Below, piece by piece: positions 33,016 through 41,965 of a DNA stretch of 64,000 nt. Position 1 is the stretch's first letter; each line of letters starts with the position of its first letter. The DNA is taken from assembly GCA_035531495.1 (NCBI GenBank), contig DATKSU010000017.1, positions 2,668-66,667 on the forward strand, in the 5' to 3' direction. The translations under genes and the position numbers were made by a program. Origin of the DNA: Minisyncoccota bacterium (GTDB lineage: Bacteria > Patescibacteriota > Minisyncoccia > Phycocordibacterales > Phycocordibacteraceae). The notes below the pieces were generated by a model that was not told where the DNA came from, ran no database searches, and worked only from the letters and a program-made list of their open reading frames with translations.

Positions 33016-33539
33016 AGAAAGACCACGGTCAGGGAATGGATGAACGCTTCCTCTCAGCATACGAGAGTCATGCCGATAGCGTGTATCGCTTCGGGCTCTT
33101 GAAGCTATCGGATAAGGATGCCGCCCTCGACTTGGTCCAAGACGTCTTTATGCGGTACTGGGATGTTCTTCGCAAGGATGCGCGGGCGACGCACGAGCGC
33201 GCCTTTCTTTTTACGATCGCGCGGAATCTCGTCATCGATCGGTATCGCGCGAAACGCACGGTCTCGCTCGACCGCTTGCGCGAGGAAGACGGTTTCGAGC
33301 CGCCCGAAACGGGGCTCCCGGACCCGGAACGGGCCGCGGAAGGGAAGCGCGCCTTCGGGCTTATCGGGCGGCTGCCGGACGCGTACCGCGAGGCGCTCAT
33401 TCTACGCTACGTCGAGGGATTCGAGCCGCGCGACATCGCCGCGCTCCTCGGCGAATCGGCGGATGCCGTGACCGTGCGGCTCCACCGGGGCATCAAGAAG
33501 CTGCGCGAGCTCATGCATGAACGGAATACCCATGGATAA
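33012..33539 (+). CDS. ECF (sigma-70 family) RNA polymerase sigma factor
   Basis: Region 2 (…VQDVFMRYW…) and region 4 HTH. ATGA overlap with the dus stop. Confidence 0.8.
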   Translation: MKKDHGQGMDERFLSAYESHADSVYRFGLLKLSDKDAALDLVQDVFMRYWDVLRKDARATHERAFLFTIARNLVIDRYRAKRTVSLDRLREEDGFEPPETGLPDPERAAEGKRAFGLIGRLPDAYREALILRYVEGFEPRDIAALLGESADAVTVRLHRGIKKLRELMHERNTHG

Positions 33540-34965
33540 CCACGACACATTTTCACAAGCAGATATCGACGCCTTCAAGGCGGCAGACGCCGTGCGCCTG
33601 CCGGACGGCGACCGCGTGCGTATCCGCGCGAACCTCGCTGCGTACGCGAAGGCGCATCCGCGCACGAGCATCGTGAGCCGCTTCTTCGGCGCGGGCGCGC
33701 CGAAGGCCGTGCCGTCGCCGTATCAGTCGTGGCTGCGCCGGCCGATGCCGGCTATCGCCGCCGTCCTCATACTCATCCTCATCGGCGGCGGCACTTCCTA
33801 TGCGGCCGAAGGCGCGCTGCCCGGCGACGCACTGTATCCCATCAAGGTGAACGTGAACGAGCCCATCCAAGAAGCGCTCGCGTTCACGCCGCAGAGCAAA
33901 GCGGCCGTCGCCGCGAACATCGCGGTCACGCGCCTCGACGAGGCCCAGCAGCTCGCCGCGGCCGGGAAGCTGAGCACGACCACGGCCGTGATGCTCGACG
34001 CGAATCTGCAGGCGCACGTCACGCAGGCGGACTCGGCGGCTGCCGCGCTCGCCAAGAGCGATCCTTTGGCGGCCGCAGAGACGCAGTCGTCGCTCGACGC
34101 GCGCCTGAACGCGCACCGCGACATCCTCCAGGCGGTGGCCGACAGCAACGACGAGAGCCGGGGCGCCGCGACCGGACTCCTCGCGTCGCTCACGGCGAAG
34201 CTCGACGCGAGCACGAGCACAGATCGGGCGGTGAATATGCAAGCGCTCGCACACGCGTCCGACCAGAGCTTCACCGCGCTCGAGGGGCGCGCGAAGAGTG
34301 CGCTCGGCGCAGCGAGCGCCGCCGTCACGAGCGCGAAGGCGACGACCTCCGTCGCGACGGCCACGTCGACGGCGGTCGCCGCGCCGGCGTTCTTCCTCTC
34401 CCGCGCCTCGACGACGCTCGCCAGCGCGCAATCGAGCTATGATGCCGGCGCATCCGCCCTCGCTGCAGGGGACCGCGCGGCCGCATACCTGGCGTTCATG
34501 CAATCGCTCGCCGCATCCGCGCAAGCGCAGACGTACGCCGACGCAGCGACGCGCGTCTCGGCTTCGGTGAGCATCCCGGCTGCCTTCTCTGCCGAGCACG
34601 GCGAGGGCGCGCGCGACGCGCGGTCGCCCTTCCCAGTCTTCCACGCGGCGTCTACGACCGAGTCCGTTCGCCGCCCGCCGGCATTCGAGTGGCGATCGGG
34701 CACGTTCTCGACGACGACTCCCGCGCAGTCGGGGGACGCGCAGAGCGGCACGGATAACCAGCCGGCCAATGACTGGAATCAGGGCGCCGACGTCTACCAG
34801 GGCGCCGCGCCCGCCGGATTCGGCGGCGCGGCCCAGGCATCGACGAGCTGGAACTTCGCTACATCGAGCATCCGCAGTTATGGGAATGACGACCAGAATT
34901 ACGGCTCGTACGCATCGACCACGTCGCGCTGGGGCTGGCACTCCGATTCCCGTTCGGATTACTGA
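33517..34965 (+). CDS. DUF5667-like membrane protein (putative anti-sigma / sigma-associated)
   Basis: Immediately downstream of and overlapping the ECF sigma gene. One TM helix, then …PGDALYPIK…E… and a long Ala-rich low-complexity tail. The start may instead be the ATG at 33532. Confidence 0.5.
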   Translation: MNGIPMDNHDTFSQADIDAFKAADAVRLPDGDRVRIRANLAAYAKAHPRTSIVSRFFGAGAPKAVPSPYQSWLRRPMPAIAAVLILILIGGGTSYAAEGALPGDALYPIKVNVNEPIQEALAFTPQSKAAVAANIAVTRLDEAQQLAAAGKLSTTTAVMLDANLQAHVTQADSAAAALAKSDPLAAAETQSSLDARLNAHRDILQAVADSNDESRGAATGLLASLTAKLDASTSTDRAVNMQALAHASDQSFTALEGRAKSALGAASAAVTSAKATTSVATATSTAVAAPAFFLSRASTTLASAQSSYDAGASALAAGDRAAAYLAFMQSLAASAQAQTYADAATRVSASVSIPAAFSAEHGEGARDARSPFPVFHAASTTESVRRPPAFEWRSGTFSTTTPAQSGDAQSGTDNQPANDWNQGADVYQGAAPAGFGGAAQASTSWNFATSSIRSYGNDDQNYGSYASTTSRWGWHSDSRSDY

Positions 34966-35053
34966 CATTGTCCCTATTGCGCCGTTTCGCGGCATCGACT
35001 AGGATGCCGCACAGGCAGTACTCATCAATCAACGACGCGTGAAGGAGCAGCGA

Positions 35054-35458
35054 ATGCAAGCGCAAACAGCTAACCTGGAAAGCATCGCGAACAAGCTCGA
35101 GAACATTGCCAGGAGGGTGCGCGTCACCCATCCGCGAGATCTCGAAACCGAGAAGATGAAGTGGGCCGGAGAGATTCTCACCCTGGCGAGCATCATCAGG
35201 ACCATGTTCGCCGACATCGAGATTGCCGAGATGCTGCGGCGTACGGCCGAAGAGGGCGAGGCGTTCCGCGAGACGCTCGATGAGCTCGACGAAATCGCGA
35301 ATCAGATGGGCGCGCGATTCCCCGTCCCGCTGTTCTCGACGACGGTTCGGCAATGGGCTCAGTCGCTCAAAGGGTTCCTGCTTATCCTGCGCGGCATGAC
35401 CGGCATGACACGAAGTGCGGGCCGCTCGGCAGACGCACGCGCTGCCCGCGCCGACTGA
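35054..35458 (+). CDS. hypothetical protein (about 134 aa)
   Basis: ATG at 35054 has AAGGAG 6 nt upstream. A terminator hairpin follows the stop. Confidence 0.4.
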   Translation: MQAQTANLESIANKLENIARRVRVTHPRDLETEKMKWAGEILTLASIIRTMFADIEIAEMLRRTAEEGEAFRETLDELDEIANQMGARFPVPLFSTTVRQWAQSLKGFLLILRGMTGMTRSAGRSADARAARAD

Positions 35459-35475
35459 ACAGCAGTCGCATCCGA

Positions 35476-35508
35476 CCCGGCCGAGCTCCGCTCGGCCGGC
35501 TTTTTTGT
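35476..35508 (+). terminator. rho-independent terminator
   Basis: Hairpin cccggccgagc-tcc-gctcggccgg followed by CTTTTTTGTT. Confidence 0.6.
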
Positions 35509-35593
35509 TGAAAAACCTCTTGCGGTCTCCCGGCATCGGTCGTATGGTTCGGGCAGTCGTACTTTTCTTTCCACGCATTCTGTCGGAGGGAAC

Positions 35594-35998
35594 ATGCTGC
35601 ACAAATCCACATGCACTGAAATCAAGTCGGCGGTCGAACGGGTTGAAGAGATTGCCAGCGAGATGCGGAAGGCATCGCGCGTCGAATGGCCGGCGCGCCG
35701 GGCGATGGGTTGGAAGCGGCGTCTCGAGACCGAGTGCGGAATCATCGGCTCGGCCATCATGCAAGCGAAAATCAGCCCGAGTGAGGTGCGCGGCGTCGTC
35801 CTCCTCAAGGATGTTGCGGGGTACATGGGGCAAGAGATCGGCGCTCAAGAGACACATCTCGAACCCCTCTTTCCGCAATGGGCAGGGAGGATCGAAGAAG
35901 CGGCGAAGGTCATCTGCCGCGCCATCATGCCGGGGCCGAAGACGATGCGGACTCTGGGAAAGAGCTCGAAGGAGCAGGCCGCCATTTCGGCGGAATGA
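35594..35998 (+). CDS. hypothetical protein (134 aa), same size and loosely similar layout to the 35054 gene
   Basis: GGAGGG SD 4-5 nt upstream of the ATG. Confidence 0.4.
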   Translation: MLHKSTCTEIKSAVERVEEIASEMRKASRVEWPARRAMGWKRRLETECGIIGSAIMQAKISPSEVRGVVLLKDVAGYMGQEIGAQETHLEPLFPQWAGRIEEAAKVICRAIMPGPKTMRTLGKSSKEQAAISAE

Positions 35999-36042
35999 TG
36001 CCTTACGACGGCGGCACCTACAGGTGCCGCCGCTTCTTTTGC

Positions 36043-36048
36043 TATACT
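36043..36048 (+). promoter_or_regulatory. -10 hexamer TATACT 9 nt upstream of the dnaX ATG
   Basis: gcTATACTtcacggactATG. Confidence 0.35.
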
Positions 36049-36057
36049 TCACGGACT

Positions 36058-37152
36058 ATGGCGAATCAGTCGCTCTACCGGACGCACCGGCCGGCCTCGT
36101 TCAAGGAAGTCATCGGCCAGGAGCAGGTGACGGGACCCCTCGCGGAGCAGGTGAAGACGAAGAAAGTCGGCCACGCCTACCTCTTCGCCGGGAGCCGCGG
36201 CCTCGGCAAGACCTCCGTTGCGCGTATTCTCGCGAAGGATATCGGCTGCACCGAGAAGGACCTCTACGAAGTCGACGCCGCGTCGAACAACAGCGTCGAG
36301 GACATCCGTGCGCTCACCGAGGGCGTTTACACGCTTCCGTTCGAATCGCCGTACAAGGTCTACATCCTCGACGAGGTGCACATGCTCTCGAAGTCGGCGT
36401 GGAACGCGTTCCTCAAGACGCTCGAGGAGCCGCCCGCTTACGCGGTCTTCATTCTCGCGACCACCGAGCTCGACAAGGTTCCGGAGACCGTGCAATCGCG
36501 CTGCCAGGTCTTCGAGTTCAAGAAGCCGACGCGCAAAGCGCTCGCAAAAATGGTGGCGGCGGTCGCGATGAAAGAAGGGTACGAGCTCGCGTCGGACGCG
36601 GCCGAACTCATCGCGATGCTCGCGGAGGGCTCGTACCGCGACGGATTATCCATCCTTCAAAAGGTATTACCATCACCCGGAAGAGACACGGCGAAAAACC
36701 TCAAAATTAATGTTAGCGACCAAATTAATGTTGGCGACAAAGTGGAAATCTCCAGAGAAAAAATTGAAGCGACGACCGGCGCGCCGAAGCGCGAGCTGGT
36801 GCATGCGCTCATCGCCGCACTCGCCGCGGGCGACCGCGGCAAGGCGCTCGCGGCGATAGCGCAGGCGGCGAAAGCGGACGTCGACATGCAGCTCTTTCTC
36901 GAACTTACGCTCGAAGCGCTTCGCGCCACGCTCCTCATCCGCATGGCGCCGGACCTGCGCGCAACGCTGGAGGACGAGCTCGGCGCGGACGAATTCGCCG
37001 CGCTCGAAGCGTTCGCGAAGGGAAAGGGGATTACTCCCGACACGCTCCTCGCGTTCCTGAATGCTTCCGAGCGCATCCGCTACGCGCCGATTCCCGCGCT
37101 CCCCTTGGAACTCGCCGTCTTCGAACTCTTTCCTGGTGAAGCCGAAAAGTAG
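36058..37152 (+). CDS. dnaX: DNA polymerase III subunit gamma/tau (short, gamma-length)
   Basis: ATG at 36058 (MANQSLYRTHRPASFKEVIGQE…). Walker A GSRGLGKTS and DEVHML box. The track ORF begins upstream at 35878. Confidence 0.9.
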   Translation: MANQSLYRTHRPASFKEVIGQEQVTGPLAEQVKTKKVGHAYLFAGSRGLGKTSVARILAKDIGCTEKDLYEVDAASNNSVEDIRALTEGVYTLPFESPYKVYILDEVHMLSKSAWNAFLKTLEEPPAYAVFILATTELDKVPETVQSRCQVFEFKKPTRKALAKMVAAVAMKEGYELASDAAELIAMLAEGSYRDGLSILQKVLPSPGRDTAKNLKINVSDQINVGDKVEISREKIEATTGAPKRELVHALIAALAAGDRGKALAAIAQAAKADVDMQLFLELTLEALRATLLIRMAPDLRATLEDELGADEFAALEAFAKGKGITPDTLLAFLNASERIRYAPIPALPLELAVFELFPGEAEK

Positions 37153-37168
37153 TGTAGAGTGCGACCAT

Positions 37169-37239
37169 TGGGGGATCGTCTAATGGTAGGACAGCGGCCT
37201 TTGGAGCCGTGAATCTAGGTCCGACTCCTAGTCCCCCAG
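37169..37239 (+). tRNA. tRNA-Gln (anticodon TTG), U1:A72
   Basis: Acceptor TGGGGGA/TCCCCCA, anticodon arm GCGGC-CTTTGGA-GCCGT, T-arm CTAGG-TCCGACT-CCTAG. Confidence 0.7.
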
Positions 37240-37372
37240 CAAAGGGCATTTCACTCACTCGCTTGGCTGCAGGACAGCGGCGATACCGTTACCTCCCGCG
37301 CATGCGAGTATGAACCCGTGCTCAAGACCGGGGTATTGCGTTTTTTAAGCAATGTGATATATTTGTTTTTAC

Positions 37373-37696
37373 GTGACCTACGCAAAGAAGCCGGGCGGAT
37401 ACGCCCGCAAGAGCTTTGGTTCTCGCCAGAGCTACACCAAGCGAGACGCCTATGGCGAGCAGCATCGCTTCCAAGCTGTCTGCAACGAATGCCAGAAGGC
37501 CTGCGAGGTGCCGTTCCGTCCCAACGGGAAGAAGCCGGTCTACTGCCGCGATTGCTTCAGGGGGAAGGAAGAGAGTCCGTCATACGGCGCGCGCGCATCC
37601 CGCAAAGGAGCTCCGCCCCAAGGTTCTGATTTCGCCACGCGTCTCGACGCCATCGAAGCGAAACTCGACCGCATTCTCAAGTCACTAGGCAAGTAA
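37373..37696 (+). CDS. zinc-ribbon (zf-trcl-like) CxxC…CxxC protein
   Basis: GTG start. Contains …FQAVCNECQKACEVPFRPNGKKPVYCRDCF…. An AT-rich TGtGATATAT element lies upstream and a terminator downstream. Confidence 0.55.
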   Translation: MTYAKKPGGYARKSFGSRQSYTKRDAYGEQHRFQAVCNECQKACEVPFRPNGKKPVYCRDCFRGKEESPSYGARASRKGAPPQGSDFATRLDAIEAKLDRILKSLGK

Positions 37697-37715
37697 TTAA
37701 GCTCAAACAAGAGAG

Positions 37716-37748
37716 AAAGCGCCCGGCTTCGGCCGGGCCTTTCTATTT
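37716..37748 (+). terminator. rho-independent terminator
   Basis: Hairpin gcccggcttcggccgggc followed by CTTTCTATTT. Confidence 0.55.
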
Positions 37749-37780
37749 CGGGTGCTACACTGCCCGCATACGGCTTCGCT

Positions 37781-38353
37781 ATGCCTCGCGCACTGACCCT
37801 CGCGCTCTTCCTCGGCGCGTTCGCAGCATTCCTCTACCTCGCTAACCTCGTCGTCTTCGTCGCGCTCGCGACGATGTTCGGCATCCGGTCTGCGCCCGAG
37901 CTCACGGCGCTCGACGTGAGCCTCATCGCCCTGCCCGCGAGCTTCATCGCGGCCTCGATTCTCGGCAGCTACCACTACAACTGGTTCACGCGCTCGTTCT
38001 ATCGGGCCTCGGCGGTGTCGTATTCTCTTTCGAGGCGGCTGCGAACGTTATGTAAGAAATCGCAAATAGAATGCGGCGAATACGAGGACGATGCCGACGT
38101 TCGTCATGAGCCGTGGCCAGAAGTGGCTCGCACTCCTGAAGAACAGCAGATCGACGCTGACGATGAGGACTATCATCGCCGCGATGCAGAGCACGAGGAG
38201 CGTGGTCCGTGTCATATCCGGCAGTATATCGCTCCGAGAGTCGAGCGTATTGGTCCGACCAAAGCGAGGCGTTCTGGCCAAGAATTGGCGCAGGTATATA
38301 CTCTAGCCAGATGCTTGCGACAATCCCGTCGCACAACCATGTTCCGGAGGTGA
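37781..38353 (+). CDS. hypothetical membrane protein (only the N-terminal 70 aa look protein-like)
   Basis: Two hydrophobic helices at the N-terminus; the rest is charged low-complexity. Conflicts with the small antisense ORF at 38048-38215, which carries a promoter signature. Confidence 0.25.
   Translation: MPRALTLALFLGAFAAFLYLANLVVFVALATMFGIRSAPELTALDVSLIALPASFIAASILGSYHYNWFTRSFYRASAVSYSLSRRLRTLCKKSQIECGEYEDDADVRHEPWPEVARTPEEQQIDADDEDYHRRDAEHEERGPCHIRQYIAPRVERIGPTKARRSGQELAQVYTLARCLRQSRRTTMFRR
38048..38215 (-). CDS. candidate small membrane protein (about 55 aa)
   Basis: MTRTTLLVLCIAAMIVLIVSVDLLFF…. A TATACT hexamer lies exactly 7 nt upstream of its ATG on the minus strand, matching the leaderless-promoter pattern seen at many genes here. 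Confidence 0.3.
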   Translation of the reverse strand: MTRTTLLVLCIAAMIVLIVSVDLLFFRSASHFWPRLMTNVGIVLVFAAFYLRFLT

Positions 38354-38356
38354 GCC

Positions 38357-38728
38357 ATGGCCGGCAGTCCCGAAGGCAGCGCGCCGCATTCAGATTTTTT
38401 CGAGCATTGGTCGAAACTCGCAACCGCGGATCCGGAGCGGTTCGAACGCGAGCGGAGGAAAGCGATCGAGGAGATCATCGCACGCGCTCCCGAAGAACAG
38501 AGTGAGCGGCTCTGGCGTCTGCAGTGGCGCATCGACATGGAACGAGCCCGCGCGAGCAATCCGCTGTCCGCGTGCATCCGGTTGAATCGGATGATGCTCG
38601 ACCACTTCTACGGGCCGAACGGGCTAGTCGACGCGCTCAATGGCCTGGCCGACAGCATGAGGGCGCTGGCGCCACCCGAGACGAAAGCACCCGGGGAAGT
38701 CTTACAACTCGTACCGCCGCAGAGGTAA
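38357..38728 (+). CDS. hypothetical protein, possibly DUF3135-like
   Basis: GGAGG SD 6 nt upstream. The pattern …FFEHWSKLATADPERFER…IEEII…RLWRLQWRID… is recalled from that family; this is not certain. Confidence 0.4.
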   Translation: MAGSPEGSAPHSDFFEHWSKLATADPERFERERRKAIEEIIARAPEEQSERLWRLQWRIDMERARASNPLSACIRLNRMMLDHFYGPNGLVDALNGLADSMRALAPPETKAPGEVLQLVPPQR

Positions 38729-39089
38729 TGCACAAGCCCGGCCGTTGCGGCCGGGCTTGAATCATTCGCGGCGGTACTGCCGGGAATCGGTAGCGACTCG
38801 TCTAAGATGGGTTCGCTGGGAGCGTTTGATAGAATTTGCGTATGGGCCAGGAGGCCGTCACGGAAGCCAAGCCGCATGCCGATGGGGGAACAGCCCAAAC
38901 CTGTGACGGAAACGTGCAATTCATCTTTCCAGAACTAGCAGATGCAGTTGTCGCCTTAAGGGACGAATCCAACCACCTAAAGCCGAAGTAAGGCAGTAAT
39001 ATAGTCCCAGCCCGAGACGGCCAGCTCGTCTTTCTGATGGATTTGTAGTAATGTCCTCCCGGACCAATCAAATCAATGGAGGATGTTCA

Positions 39090-39554
39090 ATGCGGTTCTA
39101 TAGTCTTTGGATGCGGGATCCTATCCCGCCAGCCGATATGGAAATGTTCAGGCGGATTACTGAGGTAGTACAGGAATTGCCTGATCATCTTTTCGACCTG
39201 GGGGACAGGTGCGCAGCGGAGTGCGTTAACCGCTATTCCTGCCATCTCATTTGCCGCGGCATCGAAGCGCACGTCAAGGGAGTGTACGCGAAGGACGGCT
39301 ATTTCCATCGGCGCCATCAACACAGCTGGCTTGTCTCGAGAAGCGGTCGGAGCATCATCGATGCATATCCGGTTGCTGCTGCGGCTCCGTTTATCGTCTC
39401 GAGCGATCGGGCGTCCCCGTGGGCTGAGCTGTACAGAATCGATACGGTATACAGCGGAATGTTCTACACGGATATTTTCCGCGCGAATGTTGCCACGACG
39501 ATACACCTCATCGGTGAGACTATCGAGCGTCTCGCTCGCAGCCGTCCCTCCTAG
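39090..39554 (+). CDS. hypothetical Cys/His-containing protein
   Basis: ATG at 39090 with GGAGGA 6 nt upstream. Sits in a locally lower-GC segment. A terminator hairpin lies at about 39583-39620. Confidence 0.35.
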   Translation: MRFYSLWMRDPIPPADMEMFRRITEVVQELPDHLFDLGDRCAAECVNRYSCHLICRGIEAHVKGVYAKDGYFHRRHQHSWLVSRSGRSIIDAYPVAAAAPFIVSSDRASPWAELYRIDTVYSGMFYTDIFRANVATTIHLIGETIERLARSRPS

Positions 39555-39824
39555 GGTGCGGCTGTTTCCTTTTATCAAAAATGTTCCGACGCCGTCCCGG
39601 ACGGCCAACCGTGACTTTTTTGCGACCGTATCGTAATCTCCCCGCAGACCGCACCGCTCACCTTAGGGGATTCGAATGACCAATGAATATCCCGTCTTGG
39701 GGGATATCCCGTTTTGAACTGGGCTGGCGTTCATTCGCCAGCCCTTCTCTTTTGTCATGGGTCCCGACAGCGTCCGGGGCGGCTCGTGGAGAACATTCGC
39801 CGAACCTCTTGGTAAGATAGGGTG

Positions 39825-41078
39825 ATGAGGAAGCTTTTCCCGCTCTTCGGCATCGCGGTCGCTCTTGCCGCCGTCCTCGCTTATGCCGCAACCCAAGACC
39901 TCTCGGTCGCCCGTGCGGCGACGACGGCCACGAGCTCGCTCCAGGCGCAGATTAACGCGCATGACGCGCAGATAGCGGCGCTCAATCAGCAGATTGCTAC
40001 GTACGAAGCCGAGCTCAAGCAAGTCGGCGCGGACAAGGCGACGCTCCAGGCCGCCATCAACTCGCTCAACCTAGAGCGGCAGAAAGTCGAGGCGCAGATA
40101 GCCGTCACGCAGCATCAGATAAACATCACCCAGCTGCAGATACAGCAGATCGGGTCGAACATATCGGACATCGAGCAACAGGTCCAGGCGAACCAGGTGG
40201 CGCTCGCCGAGAATATCCGCAGCTTGCAGGAAGCAGATGCGCAGCCGCTCGTATTCCAGATCTTCTCATCGGATGACCTCGCGTCGGCATGGACCGATGC
40301 CGACGCGGTCCTGCAGGTCCAGAGCGCCATCCAAGACAAGGTGAGCGCGCTCCAGGAGCAGGAGCGCGCGCTCGCGGACCAGCAAACCGCCTCGCAACAG
40401 AAAAAGAGCACCCTCCTCTCGCAGCGCGCCTCGCTCTCGTCGCAGCAGACGACGCTCACGCAGACGAAGCAGACGAAAGCGCAGCTCCTCGCGCAGACCA
40501 ATGCGAAGGAATCGACATACCAGCAGCTCCTCGCGCGCGCGAAGGCCGAGCTCGCGAGCTTCTCCGCCTTCACGACGAATGCCGGCGGCTCGGGTCTCCT
40601 CGCGAATCAGACGAGCTGCGATTCCTGGGGCTGCTATTACAACCAGCGCGACACCGCGTGGGGGAACGATCCCCTGGACGGCACTCAGTACCTCCTGAAG
40701 AGCGATGGCTGCCTCGTCACCGCGATGGCGATGGTGATGACGCACTATGGCTATCGCGACGTGACGCCGGTGAGCATCAACGCGAACCCCGCGAACTTCG
40801 CCGCGTACTATCCGGCGTACCTCCTCTACACCATCAACGTCGATGGCGTTTCGGCGACGCGCAAGTCGGCGTACATCGATGCCACGCTCGCGACCGGCAA
40901 TCCCGTCATCATCGGCCTCCACGCCTACGGCGGCACGCACTACGTCGTCCTCGTGAGCGGGAGCAGGGGCCGGTACGTCATGCGCGATCCCTACATCCCG
41001 AACGGCAAGGACGTCAGCTTCTCCGCGCATTACACGATGGGCGAGATATTCGGCGTGAACAAAGTCATCGTCGGCTAG
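39825..41078 (+). CDS. PcsB-like secreted hydrolase: signal peptide, Gln/Ala-rich coiled coil, C-terminal papain-like cysteine peptidase domain (Peptidase_C39-like / CHAP-like)
   Basis: TAAGAT 6 nt upstream of the ATG. Signal peptide MRKLFPLFGIAVALAAVLAYA. About 230 aa of heptad-like Q/A/L-rich sequence. C-terminal …SDGCLVTAMAMVMTHYG… then …GLHAYGGTHYVVLV…, a Cys…His arrangement. Confidence 0.55.
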   Translation: MRKLFPLFGIAVALAAVLAYAATQDLSVARAATTATSSLQAQINAHDAQIAALNQQIATYEAELKQVGADKATLQAAINSLNLERQKVEAQIAVTQHQINITQLQIQQIGSNISDIEQQVQANQVALAENIRSLQEADAQPLVFQIFSSDDLASAWTDADAVLQVQSAIQDKVSALQEQERALADQQTASQQKKSTLLSQRASLSSQQTTLTQTKQTKAQLLAQTNAKESTYQQLLARAKAELASFSAFTTNAGGSGLLANQTSCDSWGCYYNQRDTAWGNDPLDGTQYLLKSDGCLVTAMAMVMTHYGYRDVTPVSINANPANFAAYYPAYLLYTINVDGVSATRKSAYIDATLATGNPVIIGLHAYGGTHYVVLVSGSRGRYVMRDPYIPNGKDVSFSAHYTMGEIFGVNKVIVG

Positions 41079-41121
41079 GTGTATACTGATTGTCATTATC
41101 CGTCAGCAGCTCGCGCATTGT

Positions 41122-41775
41122 ATGAAAACATCAACGCTTATATGGCTCGCCGTCATCATCATCGTCCTCGGCGGCTGGTACTGGTGGTCGCACCAGGGTT
41201 CAGGCTCGCAGCTCGCCAACCCGGCGTCGGTCAACTGCACGCAGACGCTCGGCGGAACGCTCGAGATTGTCGATGAAGCGAACGGCCAGGTCGGCTATTG
41301 CCACCTTCCGGACGGCCGCGTCTGCGAGGAGTGGGCGCTCTACCAGGGCGGGACGTGCACGCCGCCCGCCGCAACCTCGACGCCGTCCACCACGACGAGC
41401 GCCACGTCGAGCCCGGGCATCCTGTATGCATCCGGAACTCCCCTCCTCGGGCACGCCGCCACGACGAGCGTCGGCTCGTATCTCACGGCTTTCAACGGCA
41501 TGACGCTCTACACGTTCGCGAACGACACGACGGGCGTCTCCAACTGCTCGGGCATCTGCGCGGCCATCTGGCCGCCGTACCTCGTGACGAACCGGAGCCC
41601 GCTCACGGACGTGCAGCCGGGCGTCTCGGGGAAGGTGAGCGTCATCACGCGTACGGACGGGACCATGCAGGTGACGTACAACGGCATGCCGCTCTACTTT
41701 TATAAGAGCGATACGGCGCCCGGCGACACGAGCGGGCAAGGCGTAAAGGGCGTCTGGTCGGTCGCGAAACCCTAG
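41122..41775 (+). CDS. secreted protein with DUF333-like domain and Yx(FWY)xxD-repeat (COG4315-like) region
   Basis: N-terminal anchor, then …CTQTLGGTLEIVDEANGQVGYCHLPDGRVCEEW…. The C-terminal half has …MTLYTFANDT…CSGICA…WPP… and …MPLYFYKSDTAPGDT…. Confidence 0.5.
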   Translation: MKTSTLIWLAVIIIVLGGWYWWSHQGSGSQLANPASVNCTQTLGGTLEIVDEANGQVGYCHLPDGRVCEEWALYQGGTCTPPAATSTPSTTTSATSSPGILYASGTPLLGHAATTSVGSYLTAFNGMTLYTFANDTTGVSNCSGICAAIWPPYLVTNRSPLTDVQPGVSGKVSVITRTDGTMQVTYNGMPLYFYKSDTAPGDTSGQGVKGVWSVAKP

Positions 41776-41965
41776 CGCGTTCGTCGGGCTGCGGGTCAAC
41801 CGGCGGCGCGCCGGATGAGCGTCGTCGCTATGATGACGAGGAGCCGCAGCGCATCGTGCGAGAAAGAGCCCTGCATCTTACCGATCGCGGCAGCCGCGGC
41901 GCATTTATCCACTTCGCGCGCGCGCCGCGCATCCCGCGCGCGCGCGAAGTGCTACGCTTGAAAGT

